DNA from: Ptychomitrium polyphyllum | Lineage: Eukaryota | Assembly (NCBI GenBank): GCA_973851085.1 | Contig: OZ316775.1 | Span: forward strand, 16,492,001-16,556,000 | Direction: 5' to 3' | DNA length: 64,000 nucleotides | Part shown: in pieces, positions 15,101-29,890 of the stretch | Position numbering within the stretch: the first letter of the stretch is position 1 | How the letters are laid out: every line of letters begins with the position of its first letter | Made by a program: the position numbers and the translations under genes | Notes under the pieces: generated by a model | What the model saw: the letters and a program-made list of their open reading frames with translations, nothing else | The model's database searches: none | What the model was told of the DNA's origin: nothing

Positions 15101-16096
15101 TTCGGGAGAAAACTCGTGCCCATCACTAACAGCTCTGCAAAGACACAGGCTTACCTCATGCTTTGCTTGGTCGTAGAGAAGCTCGGGCTTGTCTCCCAAA
15201 GTGAACAAGGCCTCAGTGCAACCCGCCTCCACTCCTGCACGAGCCACCTCCAGCACCTGGTGGATACTACAAATAAGCTACATGACTTATATTTCCAACA
15301 AAAATGAATTACAACAAAGAAAGAAGAAGGAACACATTGCTGCCCAACATCTCACAGCTTCTTGGCATTATAGAAAATTCCATGAGCAAAGTCGGAAATC
15401 TTGAGCAAAATTCAAAAAAGGACAAGGAAACTACTTGTGTAGGATCGCTGTCATCTCATAAATCAGCACATTTTCAACATAAATGTCACTCTAGCTTGCA
15501 ACGATTAAATATTGAAAGAGCTGCTAATTCTTCATCGTCCGTGTTTGAAAGAGCTTCACAACAACCTCTCAACACAATTTCTTCGATCACCGCCAACATC
15601 AGCGAAATTGAAGTCCTCTCACCTCGTCGGCAGACATGTAAACCGGCTTCCCAGGCCGAGGAGGCGCGGCAAAAGTGCAGTAGCCGCAGAAATCTCGACA
15701 AACGCGCGTCAGAGGAATAAAAACTTTAGGAGAAAACGTGACAACATCGCCGTCCTCTCTCCTATCACGAATCTGAGCCGCAGCTGCAGCGAGACGATTC
15801 ACTTCCAAATCCATAACATCCCGCAGCGCCGCCGCATCCGGATGCTCCCCTAGCACGCCACTCCGCATAAGCTCGAGCGTCTCCACGCCGCATCCTGCAG
15901 CCGTAGCGTTCACCAAAACTCCAGCAAAAGCTCTCCTCTCAGAGCTGCGGTAACCGCGAAGCGTCACAGACTTACGAGGGACACTCTGCGAGACAGAAAG
16001 AAACGCATTCCCGCGGCAAAGACGTTGCTCCCGGCACATCCGAGGCGCACAGCGCGGGACATCGCAGCGCAAACTGGCCGCACCTTGGATCTCCAT
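9161..16096 (-). CDS. fbiC: Bifunctional FO synthase (7,8-didemethyl-8-hydroxy-5-deazariboflavin synthase; CofG-CofH fusion, FbiC-like), about 19-20 exons, with transit-peptide-like N-terminus
   Basis: CofG half: [99 protein letters not shown]. CofH half: [116 protein letters not shown]. Two CxxxCxxC radical-SAM motifs; TGA at 9161-9163; no internal stops in the exons traced. Confidence 0.95.
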
Positions 16097-16576
16097 AGGT
16101 TACAATCGCATAGGGTTACGAAGAAGTGTCCGCATGTGGAATCAAATGCAATGGCGCATGCAATTTGCGAAGCACTAGAAGCAGAGAGCACCGTCGTGCG
16201 ACACAAAGGAGCCTCGACAGCCTGCCTACAACGCAGTGATCGTCGGGCCTTCTTCATATACTCGCACTGGTATCTCTAAGTATCATATCAATATCTCTCG
16301 AATATGACCTGAGTATGACGTAAGTATAAATCGAGGACACTGGATGTCAAGGGGCTCCCGAGACTCGGACGCTTTGGAGGAGGTTTTGCGTAGCTAGGTG
16401 ACGAAGAGGCAGAGTGGAGAGGACACGTAGCACACCTACACTTAAAAGCGACATTATCTATGTATCGACTTATATTTGAACTTTGAGGAGTCTGTATAAA
16501 ATGTAGATAGTGTTGGTTTCATGTATGTTTCCCTGCTTTTGCGAGGAATGTTGGACTCCCCGGCTAAGCGTTTGAA

Positions 16577-16612
16577 TGTAAACCCATTCAGAATGTTTTG
16601 AATGGGTTTACA
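16577..16612. repeat. Perfect 14-bp inverted repeat (hairpin) upstream of FO synthase
   Basis: tgtaaacccattca (16577-16590) / tgaatgggtttaca (16599-16612), 8-nt loop. Confidence 0.85.
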
Positions 16613-18927
16613 GAATAAGCTTTAGAGCAACGTTAATGCATCTCAGACCACAATGAGCTAACCAAGGATGGCTTGCCAAATATGATTGAAAAACAAGAAT
16701 TTAAAAGTAAAAAGGGGCCATTCAAATAGAGGGATTTTGAAGGTATGCTAAGAATATATATTAAGTTATAAAAAAGTAAGTTAAGTTACTAAGAATGATT
16801 TTTCAAAGTCAAGTTAGTAATAAAGGATGTACTCAAGTATGGTTGTTCTTTGTAATTTAGCCTTTTTGTTCATTATCAAACTTAAGATCTCAATGTAGGC
16901 ATGTATGAATTGTATAATTGCTTTAAGATTGCAAAATACTAGCATAACAAAGATTAGTGTTATTCTATTTGCATAACATGCATACTCAATGCTACAACAT
17001 GCATACTTAATCTTAATAGTCCAAACTTCTAAATCAATAAAACCTCAATTTTTAGCCAATTATTTTTTAAAAAACTTTGTAATATAAAAAAAGACCATGT
17101 ATGATGTAGATAGTTATAAAATTTTACATTCTAGAGGCCTTTTTATTTGGATAGTCACCTTTGTTAAGAATGCATATATGACAATATATGAAATTTTTAA
17201 TGACAAGACATTATAATAAGACCAATTACAATCAAAGGCCAATATAAATTTTTTGACCAAAAAGTGTATATTGTACTACAATTAATTTTGACTAGAGAAT
17301 CAAATACCACATGAGGCCAACAGGATATTTGAATGTTCCATTTCATTTTAAAAGAAATGTTTTAAGTTCTTCTAGAATTTAAAAAGCTTTTAGTTTATTT
17401 ACTAATTTAATAGACAATGATTATTATTCGTGTATACATGAGATTTTAATCAAAAATTTCTTTTTTAATGGCTAGTAGACTAACAACCATATTAATACTT
17501 TGATAATAAAATAAAATAATATTTTAACATTTGTATGAAGAATAAAACCAATTGTAGCATATCAAACATCAATCATTATCAAAAGAAAAATAAAATAAGA
17601 CTTATCTTTTTATACATTTGGTTTCATTTCATTTTAATTAGAAGCTATTCTAATGTAAATTTGACATTTATTCCAATAGAACTTAATATACTCTTTTTTT
17701 ATTATAAAAAATAAAAGAATGATTCTTTTAATATTATAAAAATAGGAAACTTATTAACTATAATATGATTATTTTATGAATGTTCCGAGAAATTTCCAAA
17801 CAACCATAAGCAACCAAAAAATGAAAATAAAACAACAATTAAATTTATAATCTTGATAAAACCTTTATTTTAAGGAATAATATGAATGTTGAAAAATCAA
17901 TTTATTAAAAAAATCACAAAAAAATTATGAAACCAAGAAGTGCATTTTAAAATCAATTTGATTAATTTCAATCAATGAATATGTAAAGCTAATATTCTAT
18001 CATAAATGTATTTCAAATATTTCATATTGATTTCTTTCAAACCAGTTTATGAGTAAATCCTATTAAAAGAAATCAAATATATCAACAAAAACAAATGCAT
18101 CACCAAAGGTAGAGATTTTCTTAAACAATAATTATGAATTTATTTTTATCTTTAAAAATGACATACTGTTAGTGAAGCAGATTTCAATAATTGATTAAAT
18201 TTTTTAATAATTTCTATAAAAAAAAATTTATAAAAACAATCTTCAAAATGCTCTACAAAAATTCATGATTAATTTTTCCAATGATTTAATCTACCAAATT
18301 TAGAAATTGAACAATTCATAATATCTATAAATTCATGAATCTTTGTGCATGTTCTCTTAGTATACAAATGTATACAAGTGTATTCAATGTCTGAAATAAA
18401 TAATATATACATTAATAATTATTAGAATTTATAATTGATAAGAATTTCCATTAAATTGATAATAAATTTTAATGAGTTCGTGATATGTAACTAAATGAAA
18501 GTTTACATTTACATTGATGGTTTTTTAATTAAAAATTTTATGAAGAAGAATTTGTAAATTAAAAAAATACTAATGTAAAAAAATTACTTTTTCAAATGCT
18601 ACATATCAAATTGAAACACTATAAATCTACAAACACTCTTAATTAAAAACATGAAACAAATCACTTTAGAATTAAAACATATAGCTAATTAAAGTTTTTA
18701 CAATATTATTATACAGGGAGTAACAAAAAAATTTAATAACAAGTGCAACAAGTATAACAACATTAGAATGTGCATTTAATTGTTGAATTCTCAACCATCA
18801 AATTATATGTATGTATGCATGTTTGTTGTTTCTTTGTGCAAGTAAAACAATTTTAAATACATGAAACTGCAAAAATATCCTTCATGATTATTTATACTAA
18901 ACAAGCCAACAACTTCAGCACCTTAAA

Positions 18928-19014
18928 CATCCAAAATGCTTGCAATATTAAAAGGCATCCAAAATGCTTGCAATATTAAAAGGCATCCAAAATGCTTGCA
19001 ATATTAAAAGGCAT
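18928..19014. repeat. Perfect tandem repeat, 28-bp unit x3, just 3' of the 14-3-3 stop codon
   Basis: catccaaaatgcttgcaatattaaaagg repeated three times identically. Confidence 0.95.
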
Positions 19015-19096
19015 AGGCACATTGACGTTAAATTTTCATAATTCTTGTAATCATCTGAATAATAGTAAAATAATATGTAAAACATAGTTCCTAAGC

Positions 19097-20449
<1,353 letters not shown>

Positions 20450-21956
20450 TGTATACTTGCTCACACAGTCAATGTCACTTTTATGAATTGTTCATTAACC
20501 TTCTCTTTAGAGCTTGCAACCTTATTTGGTATCGACGGCTATTAGAATGTTGGATGAGCATGTAGTTTGTTGCAGAAGCTTGAGTTGGATTTAAAGAATG
20601 AAGACAATGACACAGAGAGAATGAAAAGGGCATCATGATGAGTAGGTGTCGTATAAAACCGATAGTAATTGGTAAGTGAGTTTATTATTACAGCATACTA
20701 TAATCTCAGGTGTGAACATTCAATCTATACTAATAATACATAATATGATACATGTACAAGTCAAATTCAAGTTATGTTTGTACTTTTGGTTCCAGTAAAT
20801 GGAATTATTTTTCATGACGAAAATCTGTTGTGACAAACAGAGCAACTATGTTACATGTACAATGTATCTTTAAAAAATGATATGATATGCTATTTAAACT
20901 CCTTTTGTAATATTTGCACTATTTTAAGGACTACACCCATGTAAGATAACAGTTCTACAAAGAATGATAAGAACAAAAGTTTATAAAAAAATCACTTATA
21001 TATAACATTAGGTTATGCAATGGCCTATGAATCACCAAAAATCATTAATACTTGTGGCACTAATAAATTGGTAGTAAATTGATACATTGTAATTATTTAA
21101 AAACAAGTATGGTTGCTGTTACATCTTTGATGTAATGGCATTTAATGCAGGTTTTTGTACAATTATTAAAATAATAAATGATTATTATTGTGGCATCACA
21201 TCACTAAATATTACAAGTGCCTAAACGTTGAGGAATTCATATCAATTATTATCTTGGCATGCGATTATTGCTTTGGAACCATTGGTATTTAGTTGAAGTT
21301 TATTATTAGCAAAGACAACCAAATTTAAATTTTTAAAAAATTAAAAATTTTAACTCTATATTTTTTGTTTTCCTAATATATTTGTGTGAATAAAGTTATA
21401 ATTTCAAAGCATAAGATTTTACAAAAATTACAAGTTTAAAAATGCATAAAAATGGTTTGTTATACAAAAAGCTTTTAGTGCATACAACATTTGAAATGGT
21501 TTGAAAAGATAACATTTAAAAAATATATTGTGTGTTAATTTTTTTAATTTGAAAATACAGTTTATAGTGAAGTTGTATTTAATTGTTATTAAACTAGGTG
21601 TAACAAATTGATTGATTGACAAATATTAAAATTTTAAATACAAATCAATGTACTTTTAGATTTTTATACTTAATACAAAAAAGACCCTTATAATTTCGTT
21701 ACTTTTATTTGTATGTTTATTTGCACTCATAAAATTTACTTTTTTTTTCTTATTTTTAATATGTATTTCCTTTTTTAACGTTTTTTAAATAAAAAATCCT
21801 TGTTTAATGTTTGTTTTTCAATTTTTGAATTTATTTATTAAAAAAAACACAACTGTACAAAAACCTTCCTTAAATGCTAGCACGTCAAAGATATAATGGC
21901 CACCTTAATAGTTTGTTGTAGAAATCTAACTTGGACCGTTAACTTCATCACTACAT

Positions 21957-22210
21957 ATATTTTTATTTAATTTTTGATAAAGCTACCATTATTGAATTGT
22001 TGTTGTACAAGAACGTAACTTAATGCATAATGCATGATTATATGTCTTACTAAAGTTCTTGCATTATTCAATTAAGGCTTTTAGGTTTTTATAGTATAAA
22101 AAAAAACCTTATAGTTTTGTTTTGTTTGTCTATCTAGCTACTCTTGTAAAATATACTTTAAATTTTAACTTTCAATAATGGTAGTTTTATCAAAAATTGA
22201 ATAAAAATAT
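21957..22210. mobile_element. MITE-like element: 40-bp terminal inverted repeats around a 174-bp AT-rich spacer
   Basis: 21957-21996 is the reverse complement of 22171-22210 with 2 mismatches in 40 nt. No coding capacity; target-site duplication not clearly resolved. Confidence 0.55.
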
Positions 22211-25200
22211 TATTTTTTTAATTTTTTACTTTTTACTTTTTATTTTTTTTACTTGTTAACTTTTTATTTTTTTTATTTGTCATTTTTAAAAATCTTAATT
22301 TGTTACTTCTTTTACTTTTATTTTTTATTATTTATTGAATACTGATTTATTTGTATCATTTGATTTTTAATTTTTTACTTTTATAATGGTATAGTAACTT
22401 GTATTGAACACCATTACATCTTTGATATAATGACCGCCTTATTAGTTTAAATTTGTAAATAGAAAATAGTGTGTTTATTTCATTGTTCACATATAAATTC
22501 TAAAAAGATATCTTATTAATTCAATTAATTTTATAAGAAACAACCCTATACAACCATTTCAAAATTCATCAACTTCTTCTTTGTATCTTTTATTGCATTG
22601 GATATTTTCTTTCATTGTTGTTTTCTTTATGGTTTTATCTTCATGCATACATATGGAATTTGTGCTTTATATTTCTCATATTTCTTGAATTTGTGATTTA
22701 AAACAAAATACTATAATGTAGTATGTATCCTCAAAATTCAAGGCATTCATACAACTCGATTTTAATAATGAATAAATGGAATTGACATTGTATACATATC
22801 AAAAAGATAAGAAGCTTTTGCATTCAAGTGCTTAAATAATTATCATTATAAATAACATATCATCTCTTATGAAGAAATATGTGAAAAAGTGTCATTCGAC
22901 ATTTTTCAAATTTTGATATGTATTCTTACCAAAGTTGCCTTAGATCTATGATACACTATTTCACTTTCATTTACTACCATTCTTTGGCATTGCAAGTGCT
23001 CATGGTATGTGGTGGCTAGAAAATCATTGCATAATCAACTTTCTTTTTGAAACTATCAAATTTCATATACTTGGATTGTTTGAATTCTTTGCATATATGT
23101 AAACTTCCAAAAATAAATTTACACTCTCATTTAATTTTTAAAGAAATAATTATTGTAGCCTATTAGTGTCTAAACATTTTTTTTATAAAACTAACTTTCT
23201 TTGAGAAAATAAACTTTGACTATATATTTTTAAAGATACAAAAAATAAAAGATGCAATATCTGAATGTATAAATCGTTTCAAAATTTAATTAATTTTGTG
23301 ACTGTAAATTTCAAATTTCAAAAAATACGATTTATGCATTTTGTTAGTTAAAGAATCAATGAATAAAATCTCAAAATCTTTCAAATGAACACAATTTTTT
23401 AAGCTACCATATATAATACATTAGTTGTAATAAGTTAAGCCCAAAGATTGTTGTGACAAGTATACAAAGAATATATACATGAATTGAGAAATGGATTTAT
23501 AATTATATTATTACAGATTAAAATTATTAACTGCAATTACAACTATAACTGTTATCCAAATTGGCAACTGTTGTCGTTAAAAGATGTCACAAATAATAAG
23601 TGATCACATGTTGTACATTCAAAGTGCTACATTAAAATGAATTTTTATATATTTCTCATTCCAAATATACTTACCTTTTTGATCAACAACAGTGCTTATG
23701 AATTGGAGAGAAACACATAAAATCAAACATGTATGTATGTACACACATGTAAAAAAATCTACTAATCTTTAGTTTTTTTATTATCTATTATTAATTATTA
23801 CATGTTTATTTCAAAAGAAAATATAATCCTACACCACTAATACCAAATAAGGTTATTAATAGACATAGGCTTATGATTAAAACAAATAAATAGTTTATTT
23901 ATAGTGGAAGTCTTCTTCTTTTTCATTGAATTGTAATATTCATATAAAATTTCCATGTGTTATTTTTCCTTATAGTTTTTGTGTCAAATTAACAATCAAT
24001 TTACTTTTATTCAAATCATTTACTTACTTTAATACTAAACAATATAATATATTTGTTAAACTTTTTGAGGTACCTTGCATTTTGGTTTTAAAATATAAAG
24101 AGTTCATAAATGAAGAAATATTCTTTTGGAATTGTAAAGTACAATGTAAGAAAATATAACGATTAAGCTTTATTTATTTATTTAGATATCTTTTTGCATA
24201 TTTTGTATTTCTTGCCCCTTATTTAGAAAATTTGGAGTCTTAAATTACTTTAATCATATTCATATCAACCATTGATTTAAACTAAACAAGCATCTACTTG
24301 CTTATTAGTCTTGCCTTTGTTAAATATAAGAAATGACTAGAATCTTATGGATAGATAAAAAATTATGAATTTATCCAATTTTGAAAGTTCAAAGAATAAA
24401 TCCATACAAATGTATAAGAACAAATGTTCAAAGAAAAAATGTATATAGTGTAAAGATTTAAATACAAAATATTTTCTTGGGTTTATTTAGAATGTTGTAA
24501 AAATGTCATTAATCTTATTTCTAATATTAAATTTTTTTGAAGCTAGTTTAAAATCCTTTATAAATTTTTATATTTTTAAAAAATATAACATTGTTTTTAC
24601 AAGAAACAACCTTTATTAATCGAATGGTGCTTACTTTGCTTTCATGTCTTTTTAACTAATGTGAGTTTATATACAAATGCAAATCAAATAATTGCTTTGT
24701 TTTTATTTTAAGTGATACTTATTGGTGCAATATGTATCTAAGGCTTGTGGGGTCAATAAGCCTCTAGATATATTAGTTTAAATAACATTTTCATCTAATT
24801 ATTATATATATATATAATTTATACTATTTCCTATTATTTTGATAAACCTAATATATGATGTATGCATCACATTTGAACTGGTTTTTGCAAAAAACATAGT
24901 TCTATATCTTTTCACACAATTTATAATTTAAATACATTTGAAGTATAATTATTTAATAATATATAAGAAACTTAAATAAATAGTAGTTTAAATAGATCCA
25001 AATTTATTTTTGGACTTAAGGCTGTATTGTTGTCTATAAAAAAATGAAAAGTTGATTAGATATTTTGAAAGTATATAGACAATAGTTGAAATGGTTTGAA
25101 AATGTTATATTTTAATTTGGGCAGGCAAAATACTATAATTTTCAATCAAAGAAAAATTCATGATCACTGGTTCGATTTCTACCAGTTTTTTTAAATTATT

Positions 25201-26006
25201 GTATATATTTCTAATAAAAATTAACTCAAACCAAGATTAAAATCAATTAACAATCTTCTGTTAATTTTTAGTAAACAAACTTCAATACAAACCATTAAAA
25301 TCAAGATTTGCAAAATTTCAAGTAATTGATAATCTCTGAAATTATAAATACATCAAGCAATTCGTATATAAATTTTATGGATTATAATATTTCTTATCTT
25401 TAATTCTTTTCATTGCTGTATTTGTGTATCTAGGTTTATTGTAATTTATGCTAAAAGATATATAAATTCGAATTTTTTATACAAAATAAGCACACAAAGT
25501 TTTCTTTAGGAATAAGAACAAAAACATATACATTCTTGTAAACAGATTGAAAAGAAAAAAAGATGTTATACAAGAGTATTAATACATGTATGATTTGTAT
25601 ATGGGGGTTTTTTATAAAAAATATTTGGATATATATGCATCCTTTTGAAAATGTTACAATGCCATAAACATAATAAACTCTTATTATAAACATATTAAGT
25701 TTTAAAAAAAAGTTTGTGTGATAAATATAATGCTAAATATAATGCTTAAAATGAGCTCTCAATAGGAAAAAAAACATGGAGTTTTTATAATGCATAATAC
25801 ATGATGGTTAGCAGTGAATTTCTTTTTTTAATTTTCAAAAATGTACATTTTCAAAAATAAACATTATGAAGAAAAAAATAAAGGAAAATAGGGTGCGTAT
25901 TAATAATCATTTATCATGGTGTACAAACTATTAAATTTTCAAAAATTATATTCCAAAAAATAATAATATTTTACACAATGATCAGATAAAAAACCATTGA
26001 ATTATT

Positions 26007-27030
26007 CTATTTTTTAGTTGGAAATTCAATTGTTTCACTTTTGAGAACATGTAATAATGCTTGTGAGCTTTCCAAAATCTGCAAAGTCAATAAAAATTTA
26101 ACAAAATTTTAATAATTCGTATAGTAGCTTGCAATTTAAATTAAAAAACAAATCAAAGCTAACAAATTAATGATGGATTTTGAAATTTTTATGATATGAT
26201 ACTTTTTAAAAATTTAAATATGTTATGAGGCCAAATGACATTATTTACTATATTCATTTAAAGAATTTGGGTTACATTAAAATAAAATAACATTATTTCT
26301 AAACAAAAGATGGGTAGCAGGGTCATTAGTCATTATTAAGAGAACGAATTTCAAAAGAAATTGACTACATAGAATTATTTCATATTTTAAAAGTTGTTTG
26401 AATGATTTATAATTTATTATTCATATTGAAGTTATTAAAGTAGGAATGGTACGCCTCATTGCAAGGATATAATTTTATACCTTAGAATATGCTGCTTCAA
26501 CTTCGTGAATGGTCTTGTCATATTCATTTGTATATGCATACTTCCTTGATAAAGAATTATCTATTTCTGCAAGTCTTTTTGTTAATACTACCAAATCTTT
26601 TTGAATGTTTGTTTTTTCTTCTTCCTCAACTTGTAAATTTTTTTTAATTTCATTTCTTTTTTCACGTAATTCTTCAATGCCTATAACAGAAAATATACAT
26701 ATATTTTTAATAAGATGTATGAATTTCATTGCATATCATTTAAAAAAGTTACTTAGGTCATTTCAAATTGTTGAATAAACATAAACACTGAACTAAAAAA
26801 CGTGAAAAATCTTGTACATATTGCAATGACTTTATGACTATGCAATACAATCAACGACCTATCATTCTTAAATAACACATACATTCAATTACACTTTTAA
26901 GAAAAATTAAAATTCAGTACATCACTGCTACAATTTTCAGAATTTTTATTTTGTAAATTATAAAAAGGTGCCTCATACGATGTACAAGCTCAGTGTTATA
27001 ATTTTCTAATGCAGCACCCTTCAAAGCCAT
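26007..27030 (-). CDS. SSNA1: SSNA1/DIP13/NA14 microtubule/basal-body coiled-coil protein (107 aa, 3 exons)
   Basis: Exons 27030-26979, 26680-26481, 26078-26007 give MALKGAALENYNTELVHRIEELREKRNEIKK...EYDKTIHEVEAAYSKILESSQALLHVLKSETIEFPTKK*. This matches the family N-terminus (GAALQNYNNELVKCIEEL) and C-terminus (EAAYxKILESSQTLL). Confidence 0.93.
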
Positions 27031-29890
27031 GTTTCCTATGCAACAAGCCTGAATGGTGTGCACTTCTCCAATTTCTTCTCCACAGATTTCTTGAATAAAA
27101 AAGACCCTTTTCAGCTAATTTTACCAATCCTACAAAATTGTTTGATTTGAATTTCCTTACCAGCTCATATTTTTTACCACTACCTCACAGTGGACTGTGG
27201 CTGTGAGTAAAACGTTCTGCAATACATTCAACAGTTATATTTGACTTGTGTGTAAATATAATTCCAAAATGGACACGAATGGGATAAGTATCAAGAATTC
27301 AAACGTATGTGCTAATTTAAAAAATCAACAAAATTGTAATCTTCAAAACTTTTAATAGATGGTGATTAGGTATTTATAGAATACTTGCGTTAGTTTGTAC
27401 TAATATTCAGTGTTAATTAAGTTTGTATTATTCTAATAAACTGAAATGCAAGCATCTTTGTAATTTACATGATAAAAAGAATTAATTCAAGTGGTTTAAA
27501 ATTAGTGTTGTTAAAAATTATAGAATTCTCATACACTTTCATGTAGAAAGCAGAGATTTCAAAAGGTGCATTATATGTACAAACTTATCTTTTCACTTCT
27601 TTAATTTATTTCGAAACTTCAAAAGAATAAAATATAAATCTCAATAAAAGCATTTGTTATAACATGTTATCTCAATGGCTTTAAAATTATACTTATATAT
27701 TTTTCAAAAAATTGATTTAAGGACTTTATTATAATTTAAAATAAGGGATTTATTTAGAAATCGTTTCAATTTATATTTAATATTAATAAATCAGAAAACA
27801 AATTGTTATTAAAATTTGTAGATTTTTCAAATAACAAATGATAATCTCAAACATATATAAAATCTTGACTATAATACTGCTTGCTTTTTTTGAAGCACAT
27901 GAAAAAGCAATTTAAATGGATTTGACTCATCTTTGAAGCAAACTTTAGTGTAATCTTAAAATTTTATTATTAATGAGTTTATCCAAGATTTTTTTTGCAA
28001 GCCATGTATGATCATAATTGTGTCATATCCTATTTCCTATTGCATATTTGTAGGTGGAAGATGTTACTTAAAAAGGTTGAAAAAAGTAAAGACTTATTTG
28101 CTTCAAAAATCAAGATTTACAACAAAAATAAAATATTAAAAATTACTATTCAGCCAAAGTTGGCTCCTATAATATTGATTAGTTAATATAATGAATACTT
28201 CTCAATATATGAAATACTTTACATATACATTTTAAAGCTTTTCAAGTATTTTTTCAAACTTCTTATTTATAAAAGGTATGTTTTGCACTGATATATTTTA
28301 CACTTGAAACAAAGTATTTTGCACATATGTACTTATACTAATAAAAATTTAGAATTATATGAATTAAAAAAATTATAAAATTATAAAATGTTAAATTTAA
28401 TAAGTTCGTAATTTATTCTATGTATCTAAAACCATCCATGTATTTAAATTAAATATTGTTCACAAAAGCAATAAATTTGAAATTATAAAATTACAACATT
28501 ATTAAATGTTGAGTGCTGTTAAAAAATAATTAGGATTATGTGTCCTAAATTAAGATACGCAAATCTGTGTATCTATAACATTCTAATATATAATTGTGGA
28601 TTAATTCTTATATTAACAATTGAAAATGGTAATTACCTTAAACAGTGATGTGGCTACCAATTTCTATGTCTTAAGTATTTCATTACCATTGTGCTTAAGT
28701 TGTGAATTTTTAAAGGTGCAATGTATTTACAAATGGAACTTTAAATTAATTATAATGAGCTTCATATATGGTGAGTAATAAAGCAATAAGGGCAATAATG
28801 GAAAAGAAGGGAAAAATATACTTATTTTTTATTGAAAAACTACGGTGAAAATAAGTTTTGTACACGATGGTGTCTTAAATTAAATTAAATAAATTTTAAA
28901 AACATAGAATGACAATAAAAAGCGGCTTTTAAAGTGGTCATGGTTTCCACCTAATAATAATTGTAGGATGTTTTTTGCAACATTCTTTAAAAATTACAAG
29001 TAAATCATTTGTTAATATAAGATTATAATTCCATTTTCATTATTGTCTAAAATAAAAGCTTTATCACTGATTTAATTTTTTTTTTGAAACTCAATAATCA
29101 CAATTTAACTAAATTCTCATTATGGTGGTGATGGATCAATTTATTGTAAAAATTAGTGATAATCACATGAATCTATAGAGATTTAAGAAATAGATGTTTA
29201 TAGACTTGAGAAATGTACTAAATTAAAATCTTTATGCATCCAACTTTAAAAATAGTAGTGTTTCTACTGTTCTAGAATGCTACTTATGTTTCATGAGAAA
29301 ACTAGTAAGATGTCCATATAACATCTTCAATGTAATGACATTTAATGGAAGTTTTTGTATAATTATAGAAGTTAAAAGAAATAAAAAGATAAACAAGTAA
29401 ACAATAAAAATAAAGAGTAAACATTATAATAAACAATTAAAAGGTAAAAGTAAGCTATAAGTGTGGACGGATAGACAGCACGTAAAACTGGATTTATCCA
29501 ATACATTTTATTGGATGCTGTTCAAAAAGGATAGTTTACGAAAGGTCCACAATGTGATGATCAGGCGTGCAATCTTCTCATTTGTCCTCACTATACCCGC
29601 CTGAGCATCACTCCGGTATTAACGCTATCTCACCGTAGTATCACAGAAGCATCACACGAGTGTAATCGAGGTATAAACACAATACAAGGGGCGCATACTC
29701 CAAACATTTACAATCTACAGAATGTGTGGTACAAGGTAGAAGATTCGAATAATCCGCTTATTTGGTAGATGGAGTCGGATTTGGGAAAAGTGACGGCTTT
29801 CAGTATGCAACCCGAAGTGAACGCTCTGGACTGGTTGCGGGAGGCCATCTTTTGTTTCGCAGCGAGCTTGAGCAGCAAGCACAAGCTGCG

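Noticed and set aside
9161..16096. FO synthase as bacterial contamination or recent horizontal transfer
   Set aside because: About 19 spliceosomal introns, a targeting-like extension and flanking plant genes indicate long-term nuclear residence.
18928..19014. 28-bp repeats considered as a CRISPR array
   Set aside because: Units are directly adjacent with no spacers, in a eukaryotic context with no cas genes.
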